This document shows positions 57,595 to 64,000 of a stretch of 64,000 nucleotides of DNA, piece after piece. How positions within the stretch are numbered: the stretch's first letter is position 1; every line of letters starts with the position of its first letter. The position numbers and the translations under genes are program-made. The notes beneath the pieces were generated by a model. It was given only the letters and a program-made list of their open reading frames with translations, was not told the DNA's origin and did no database searches. The DNA lies in contig CAWJTV010000015.1 of NCBI GenBank assembly GCA_963845755.1, positions 1-64,000 of the forward strand, given 5' to 3'. This stretch comes from an uncultured Planctomycetota bacterium (lineage in GTDB: Bacteria; Planctomycetota; Planctomycetia; Isosphaerales; Isosphaeraceae).

Positions 57595-57963
57595 GGATCC
57601 GAACGGTTGAAGAAATCGCACAAGCCCACCGATCCGAAACTATTCCATTCTCGATCCGAACTATCGCCCGCTGACGGCTCCAAATCCGTTCGCCGGCTGC
57701 CGAACGGTCCGACTGTATCGGCCGAGGACGTGGAACCGGGTCGATGATTGTCTTTCTGATTCATCTCGCACCCGTCTACCGACCGAATCCACATTCGGCG
57801 TGGACCAACGCGCGGTGCTGGTCGCCGTTGTGGAGTCTGAATCCATCGAGGCCTCCCGCTGTCACTAGCCATTCAACGTATCGCGCCGATCCGAGCGGGC
57901 GTGGTCATCCGGCGGTGAGGACGACTCACCCGATCGCGAAGAGCCTTGAGCGAGCGAGAGCCC

Positions 57964-58491
57964 ATGAGTTCCCGGCGCGCCCCATCCCAATCGACGCACT
58001 CCGCTTCGCCCTCCGGACCGGCGATAATCAATGCGATTCTGGTCGGATCAGCGATCCTCTGGGGAGTGAGCCTGCTGGTGAGACATGGCCGTGTCACCTG
58101 GCCTCCCTACGCGCTGCTTTCCAGTCTGGCCACCGTGGCCGGCTGCCTCGCCTTGGTCGGGCCCATCATCTTGTTCCGCTCCTCGGAGATTGAAGGGAGC
58201 CTTGGTGAGCTGGGTTGGCTGTCTGCAGGACTGCTCGTCTGGCTGTTCGACCTGGTTGCAGTGTTTCAGGGTCAGTGGAAAAGCGTCCACTGGGCGACAC
58301 CGATCTCCGATCGAACGCTGGGGCTGATGGTCCTGGCCGTTCTGCTAGCGGGGTGGAAGTGCGGACTGGCTCAACGGAACTGGTCGTGGACCAACGTGGC
58401 CGGATGGATGCTGAGCGTATTCTGGGTCGCGATGGCCGTCTGCTCGTGGATCCTCTCGCCAGCGGCACGGGCGACCGTCGCCACGCTCTGA
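57964..58491 (+). CDS. Hypothetical membrane protein
   Basis: About five hydrophobic helices. Confidence 0.7.
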   Translation: MSSRRAPSQSTHSASPSGPAIINAILVGSAILWGVSLLVRHGRVTWPPYALLSSLATVAGCLALVGPIILFRSSEIEGSLGELGWLSAGLLVWLFDLVAVFQGQWKSVHWATPISDRTLGLMVLAVLLAGWKCGLAQRNWSWTNVAGWMLSVFWVAMAVCSWILSPAARATVATL

Positions 58492-58673
58492 TCCTTGACG
58501 GCATCGGCCACGAAGATTAGCCTCGATGGATACCTTTCTCCCGGCATTCGGGTCGGGAGGGGATTGAGACCCGATCACTGCGATCATTCGGATCGGGCCC
58601 GGTGTGCGACGGGCGGCACCGGCCTCGATCGTCATTCCCGCTCATAAACCACGCGACCATGTCCACCGGGAGG

Positions 58674-59513
58674 ATGTCATCTGTGGCGACCGATCAGAAA
58701 ACCCAATACATCGCCGACGAAGCGATCCCAGCCATCGAGAACGAACTGCCGACTTACCGGGCTATCAGCAAGCCTGCGACCTTCAGTCTCCTCTGCGGGA
58801 TCCTGGCCTCCTTCGCTTTTGCCAACTTGTTTTTCCTGGTATTCGCGGTCTTCGCCGTGATTCTGGGCGTACTCGCCAACCTGGCGATCCGTCGCCATCC
58901 TGACATCCTGACCGGCCGCCGTCTGGCCAATGGCGGCATCTGCCTGGGCATCACCTTCGGATTGGTCGTCACGACCTACACCATCGTTCAGTCATTCCTC
59001 TTGACCCGGGATGCCACCCAGTTCGGAAAGCACTATGCCGAAGTCCTCCAAAAGGGCAGTTTCGGCGACATCCTTTGGTACGGCCTCTATCCCGATGCAC
59101 GGAAGAACAAGACGCCCGAGCAAGCTTTGCACGACTTCGAGACCACCAAATCGAAGGACCGCATGGTCATGGAACAGAAGATCGGACCGTTGCAGAAACT
59201 GAAGAAGCAACTCTCTGCGACTGACGGCGGACATCTCCATTTCGTGGACATCGAAAACCATGATATCGACCAGAGTGGTGGCCAGCTCGTCTACTACGCA
59301 CTCGCACTCTACGAGGTCGAAGGGTCGGCTGTGAAAGGATCGCCCGGCCCCACCCAGCACGCATTGGCGATCTTCAAAGGAATCCCCAAGGCCAAGGGTC
59401 GCGGTTATGAATGGTGGGTCGACGACCTGAGATTCCCCTACGAGCAGAAGTCCTTCAAGGTACCCGACAAACCGGTCGACGACGGCCACGGCCACGCCGG
59501 CACCGGCCACTGA
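58674..59513 (+). CDS. DUF4190-like membrane protein
   Basis: SLLCGI...ILG.LA..AIRR...LTGRRLA.GGI.LG; His-rich tail. Confidence 0.7.
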   Translation: MSSVATDQKTQYIADEAIPAIENELPTYRAISKPATFSLLCGILASFAFANLFFLVFAVFAVILGVLANLAIRRHPDILTGRRLANGGICLGITFGLVVTTYTIVQSFLLTRDATQFGKHYAEVLQKGSFGDILWYGLYPDARKNKTPEQALHDFETTKSKDRMVMEQKIGPLQKLKKQLSATDGGHLHFVDIENHDIDQSGGQLVYYALALYEVEGSAVKGSPGPTQHALAIFKGIPKAKGRGYEWWVDDLRFPYEQKSFKVPDKPVDDGHGHAGTGH

Positions 59514-59606
59514 TCGCCGAATGGTGCGATCCCTGTAATGGGTGGTTGCCTTGCTGAAATCGCGAGCGAAGCGACAAGTACCATTCCCCCGAGGCTTCGG
59601 GACCGC

Positions 59607-60013
59607 TTACCGTTCCGGGGCATAGGTCGAGCAGCAATGTTCGGTCTCCCAGAGCACCACTTCGACGATGGGCAAACCGGCGTCTTGCGCGTGCTCGTAG
59701 ATTAGCCGGGCGATATTCTCGGCCGTCGGGTTGCAGTCCATCACGAAGACACGCTCGCCACGATCGCGAAGCACGGGAAGTAGGGGATCGTCTCGGCAGA
59801 GCAACATATTGTGATCCAGGTTCTCATCGATCCATCGCTGGACCTTTTGCTTGATCTCCACGAAATCGACCAGCATCCCGCCGCGTCAAGTTCGGGGCCC
59901 TGGAGGGTGATGACCGCGCGGCCGTTGTGGCCGTGAAGGTGCCGGCATTTCCCCTCGTAGTTGAGAAGACGGTGGCCGTAGCAGAAGTCGATCTCCCGAG
60001 TCACACGGTACAT
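59607..60013 (-). CDS. queD: 6-carboxy-5,6,7,8-tetrahydropterin synthase (frameshift ~59880)
   Basis: FCYGHRL...KCRHLHGHN, GMLVDF, LDH, NPTAENIA, LWET. Confidence 0.9.
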
Positions 60014-60158
60014 TAGCCTACGAGTCCTTGAAAGCGATTCGGCCTTTCGCCGGCTGGAATGTCCAGAAGCGCGGATCAGCTCCTTCAGTCCTGCGTTTTT
60101 CGAGACGTACGTCCGTGGGCTCTTTCTGTCCCAGGGACGCGGCTCAAGGATACGAGGA

Positions 60159-60824
60159 CTAACGGGCGTACACAGTGCGATCCGTCACGCCCGCGTCCTG
60201 GAAGCCTTTCTTCCTCTCGGCGCATTTATTACAAGCACCGCAGTGGAGACCGTCGATCGGGTTGATGCAGGAGAACGTCAGGTGGAGGGGTAGGTCGCTG
60301 CCACGTGCGATGACTTCGGCCTTGTGCAAGCAATCGAAGGGCCGAATCAGTCGTAATGCGCCGCCCATCGCCTGATTCAACAGATCCTCCAACTTCCGGA
60401 AGAAGTCCGGCGTGCTGTCCGGGAAGGGGTTCGAGCCGAGCGACCCCAAGGCCAGAGCTCGGATCCCGCGGAGCCGGCACCAGATGGCCGCCTTGACGGT
60501 AAGGAGCAGGTTCCGCCCCGGCAGATACACGGCCTCGTCCGCAGTCTCGGAGCCGGGGACAGCCCGCCCGTCTGTGCTCCAGTGAGAGCCATAAACCTCG
60601 GCAATGGGTTCATCGAGGACGATCAGACCATCCAATCCCTCCGCCTCGACGTGGGAGAGGAACTGGTTTAGTGCGGCGATCTCGGAGGCTTCCCATCTCA
60701 GTCCTGAGCGGATGTAGAGTGGTACAACTCTCGGGTACTCGCGCAACAGGTCCACACAAAGGATGGCGCTATCGAGCCCTCCGCTGATCAGGACGGCGCT
60801 GGCGGGCTGATCCAGTCGGGGCAT
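60159..60824 (-). CDS. queC: 7-cyano-7-deazaguanine synthase
   Basis: SGGLDS, YLPGRN, FPD, TFSC...HCGACNKCAER. Confidence 0.9.
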   Translation of the reverse strand: MPRLDQPASAVLISGGLDSAILCVDLLREYPRVVPLYIRSGLRWEASEIAALNQFLSHVEAEGLDGLIVLDEPIAEVYGSHWSTDGRAVPGSETADEAVYLPGRNLLLTVKAAIWCRLRGIRALALGSLGSNPFPDSTPDFFRKLEDLLNQAMGGALRLIRPFDCLHKAEVIARGSDLPLHLTFSCINPIDGLHCGACNKCAERKKGFQDAGVTDRTVYAR

Positions 60825-60921
60825 GGCTCGAGACCGACGATTGCGAGGAAGTTCTGTCGTGTTCCAGTGGGGTCCAGGTCTGCCTATTCTAGGCAGGTGC
60901 CGGCCGACCGGCAACATGCCG

Positions 60922-62268
60922 TCAGCGGGGCTCGTCTCGCGATCGGTGTCGATCCACCCACTCGAGGGCCTCTTTCTTGCTATGGATCTGGGCTTCCAGT
61001 TGGGCTTCTCGGACCCGATCGAGCAGATCCTTGAACTCCGGCCCCGGCGTCAATCCATGCCGAACCAGGTCGTGCCCGGTCAAGAGCGGCGGAGGATTGA
61101 TCGGTCCGGTGGGCTGAGCCTCCAGGTAGTAGCGAGCGTAGTCGACGTGTTCGGTATTCCCCGTCGAGGCCAGCGCGTCGGCGCGATGAAGCATCAGCAG
61201 TTCCTCGATCCCCGGCTCCGCCAGGACGCGCTTCAACTTGGATTCGCGGAGCCGCTTGGCCTCACCCAGGTACTGGTGATAGGCGACGAGCCAGGTGATC
61301 TGCTCGCGTTCCGTGTTGGAGAGTTTGAGAGACCGGCACACGCGGTCGGCGATCCGGGCACCCGCCTGTTCGTGGTTATGGAAGCTGTATCGGGCGTTCT
61401 GGAAAACTCGCGTCGATGGCTTGCCGATGTCGTGCAGGAGCGCGGCGAACGCCAGAATAAAAGGCGGTTCCGGTGGCAGCAACGAGAGGACCAGCAGGGT
61501 ATGCTCCCAGAGGTCCCCTTCGGGCTGAATGGGCTTGCCCTGGAATAGGCCTTTCATCCGGACTACTTGCGGAAGGATCGCGGCCAGGACGCCGGTCTCC
61601 AGGGCAAGTTCCATGGCACGGGTCCGAGAAGGGTGAACGAGCATCCGCCGCAGCTCTTGCGCGATCCGCTCGGCCGAAACGGTGACGACCTGGCCGGCCA
61701 TCGCGCGGATCGCCGCGATCGTGGCCGGTTCGATCTGGAACCGGAACCGCGCCGCGAGGCGGACGGCCCGAAGCAGCCGCAGCTTGTCCTCGCGGAAGCG
61801 GGCTGAGGGATCGCCGATGGCGCGAAGGACCCGCTGTTCCAGGTCCTCGCGGCCCCCAACATAGTCGATCAGCCGGTTCGTCAGGGGATCCAGAAACATG
61901 CCATTGATCGTGAAGTCGCGCCGCGCTGCGTCGAGCTCGGGGGAGCCGAAAACGACGGACTCGGGCCGACGGCCATCGACGTAGGCCCCATCGCTCCGAA
62001 ACGTGGCGACCTCGACCTCCACGCCATGGTGACGCGGGTCGCGGACCCGCACCACCCCGAAGGAGATGCCGACGGGCACGGATCGGTAGGGCAAGACCTT
62101 CATGACTTGCTCGGGAGTCGCGGCGGTCGCCACGTCGTAGTCCGCCGGCGTCTGGCCCAGGATCAGGTCGCGGACGCAGCCACCGGCCCAGAGCGAGAGA
62201 TAGCCCGCCTCGACGAGCCGCCGGACCACTCGCAAGGCGAAATCGCGGCGTGCCTCGGCGTCAGTCAT
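60922..62268 (-). CDS. cca: CCA-adding tRNA nucleotidyltransferase with HD domain
   Basis: GGCVRD, DYDVAT, EVATFR, RRDFTIN, EDKLRLLRAVR, LLHDIGK. Confidence 0.9.
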   Translation of the reverse strand: MTDAEARRDFALRVVRRLVEAGYLSLWAGGCVRDLILGQTPADYDVATAATPEQVMKVLPYRSVPVGISFGVVRVRDPRHHGVEVEVATFRSDGAYVDGRRPESVVFGSPELDAARRDFTINGMFLDPLTNRLIDYVGGREDLEQRVLRAIGDPSARFREDKLRLLRAVRLAARFRFQIEPATIAAIRAMAGQVVTVSAERIAQELRRMLVHPSRTRAMELALETGVLAAILPQVVRMKGLFQGKPIQPEGDLWEHTLLVLSLLPPEPPFILAFAALLHDIGKPSTRVFQNARYSFHNHEQAGARIADRVCRSLKLSNTEREQITWLVAYHQYLGEAKRLRESKLKRVLAEPGIEELLMLHRADALASTGNTEHVDYARYYLEAQPTGPINPPPLLTGHDLVRHGLTPGPEFKDLLDRVREAQLEAQIHSKKEALEWVDRHRSRDEPR

Positions 62269-62920
62269 CGGGGGCGTCCTCCGATTCCGTGCCCTGCGAC
62301 GCCTCGTCAACGTCCGGCGAGTCCGCCGGCTCGTCCCCGTCGGCCGACCCCTCCTCGGGCGCCGATACAACCCGGAGCGCGACCTGCGTGCTCCCGTAGC
62401 GGCGAATGTCCCACGTGTCAAATTCCGGTAAGATTCGCCCATCGAGGATTCGCCCGGACTCCAGCGCCACGACCGACCCGGGGGGCAGTTTCTCGACAAT
62501 CCGGGCGAACATCTGGTTCAGGTATCGAGCATGGATCTCGTATTCGCGATAAGGCGGGTCGAGAAAGACCACGATCGGGCGATCGTCGGGGGGCTGGAAG
62601 GACCTGGCCCATCGGTAAGCGTCACCGTGCCGGACCTGGGTGCGGTCCTGGTACCGGAGCGTGGCGATGTTTCGGCGAATCAGGCTCACGTTATCCCGGT
62701 CCCGCTCGAGGAAGATCGCGTGCCGAGCCCCGCGGCTCAATGCCTCCAATCCGAGGGCTCCCGTTCCGGCGAAGAGGTCGACTACGTCGCGGTCGACGAC
62801 CAATTCCCCCAGGATGTTGAAGAGCGACTCGCGGACCAGATCACTGGTCGGTCGAGTACCAGTCAACGCCCGTGGCCCATCGATCTTGTGCCCGCGTCGC
62901 TCTCCCGCGATGATCCTCAT
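62261..62920 (-). CDS. rsmD: 16S rRNA m2G966 methyltransferase
   Basis: MRIIAG, RPTSDLVRESLFN, DLFAGTGALGLEALSRG, FLDPPY. Confidence 0.92.
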   Translation of the reverse strand: MRIIAGERRGHKIDGPRALTGTRPTSDLVRESLFNILGELVVDRDVVDLFAGTGALGLEALSRGARHAIFLERDRDNVSLIRRNIATLRYQDRTQVRHGDAYRWARSFQPPDDRPIVVFLDPPYREYEIHARYLNQMFARIVEKLPPGSVVALESGRILDGRILPEFDTWDIRRYGSTQVALRVVSAPEEGSADGDEPADSPDVDEASQGTESEDAPDD

Positions 62921-63068
62921 GCCTGCACAGCCCCGTCGCGTTGAATGGATTGAGTTCGCACGGCATATCAGAACAAGGATCGGATCGGATCGGCCCTCCG
63001 TGATTCGCCGCTCATTCCGATCTTACCAAACCTGGGCCCGACTCAGAGAACGGTGCCTCGCCTGGTCT

Positions 63069-63206
63069 CTAGAGCGCTCAACGCTTGGATGAAGATCGCC
63101 GGACGGAGCCGGCTCCTACAAAACGACGGTGGTCCGGCCGGAAGTCCGGGGGTAGGAGGGGGCTCTGTCCCCCGACCGTCAGCCACCCAAGCGTTAATCG
63201 CTCTAG
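63069..63206. repeat. 138-bp CTAG-bounded element enclosing a GTAG-type REP doublet
   Basis: Outer arms CTAGAGCGcTcAACGCTTGGaTG and their inverse; inner TCGCCGGACGGAGCCGGCTCCTACA ... GTAGGAGGGGGCTCTGTCCCCCGA. Confidence 0.8.
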
Positions 63207-63535
63207 GATCGCACGCCATCAACCGGGGATGGTCCGATCTCCTGGTCAGAATTCGTGAAACGATGCGGGTCGAAGATTTCTCGCGGCCCAAGAAAACGGT
63301 CCGATCGGCCCCGCGATGGCGCTATTCATTAGAGGACGAGATCGCGGTCTGCGCCTTGTTCGCAACGCGACACCTGGCTCGCAACACGCCACCTGCCGCG
63401 GATTCCGCCAGCCTAAAATGTGATTTTTGTTTAAACTCTGGCCGATCTCGCTAGAATGAGGTGCTGGTATTGGGGTTGTATCAACTCCAGGACAACACAA
63501 TCCGTGGATGCATTCACGCCTTGCGGAGTGACCAT

Positions 63536-64000
63536 TTGAGTATCCAACAACGTGCGCATGTCCGTGGTTCGGTTCGTCGCCTGGCGTTGTGGGTGACGAT
63601 GCTGTTCCTGTCGCTGTTCGTCCCCGGGACATTCAGCCTCGGGCAAGACAGCCCGGCGGTGGCGCGGTTCGAGGATCAGGTCCAGCCAGTTCTTGTAGAT
63701 TACTGTTACCGCTGTCACGGTCTTGGAATGACTAAGGGCGGTATCTCGTTCGATGGATGGGATTCCGACACAACAATCCTGAAGAATCGCGACCTGTGGT
63801 GGGCGGTTCTCAAGAACGTCCGAGCCGGGATCATGCCCCCAGCGAACAAGCCCCGTCCCGATCCGAAGGAGATGCAGGCCCTCGCCAATTGGATCAAACG
63901 AGACGTATTCGGCCTGGATCCGGACCAGCCGGATCCCGGTCGGGTGACCGTCCGGCGCCTCAATCGGGTCGAATACCGCAACACGATCAAGGACCTGATG
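63536..64000 (+). CDS. DUF1592/DUF1587-type planctomycete cytochrome c protein (partial)
   Basis: Signal peptide, CYRCHG heme motif, MPP, VTVRRLNRVEYRNTIKDL; runs off the window end. Confidence 0.85.
   Translation, partial: MSIQQRAHVRGSVRRLALWVTMLFLSLFVPGTFSLGQDSPAVARFEDQVQPVLVDYCYRCHGLGMTKGGISFDGWDSDTTILKNRDLWWAVLKNVRAGIMPPANKPRPDPKEMQALANWIKRDVFGLDPDQPDPGRVTVRRLNRVEYRNTIKDLM

Noticed and set aside
59607..60824. queC/queD as a 7-deazaguanine DNA-modification or QatC-type defence system
   Set aside because: Context is cca and rsmD; no dpdA or qat genes are present, so ordinary queuosine synthesis is more likely. No preQ1 riboswitch was recognised.

Overview
GC-rich bacterial DNA, almost certainly from a planctomycete (Isosphaeraceae-like), judged from the DUF1549/1553, DUF1501, DUF1592-type, ECF-sigma/Ser-Thr-kinase and PEP-CTERM genes. 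Many genes, including the housekeeping gene queD, carry single-base frameshifts, which probably reflects long-read indel errors. Layout: 0-4.6 kb, an IS fragment plus a DUF1553/DUF1501/WD40 operon. 5-24 kb, a heavily rearranged accessory region with an ECF sigma factor, a kinase-TPR gene followed by in-frame 'orphan' C-terminal modules, ISAzo13/IS256/IS481/IS5 elements, a tRNA-like relic, a decayed solo Cas4 and several short palindromic elements that sit on gene-truncation junctions. 25-33.5 kb, an unusual operon (secreted unknown, two FGE-sulfatase-fold proteins, PD40 propellers, MBOAT, SGNH protein). 34-47 kb, TauD-like oxygenase, two glycoside hydrolases, a ClC relic, an amidohydrolase pair and two convergent spherulin-4-like genes. 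47-64 kb, a kinase, a tricorn-like protease, two periplasmic adaptor proteins, queD/queC/cca/rsmD and the start of a DUF1592-type gene. All family calls come from motif recognition by eye, not database searches. No CRISPR array or rRNA was seen.
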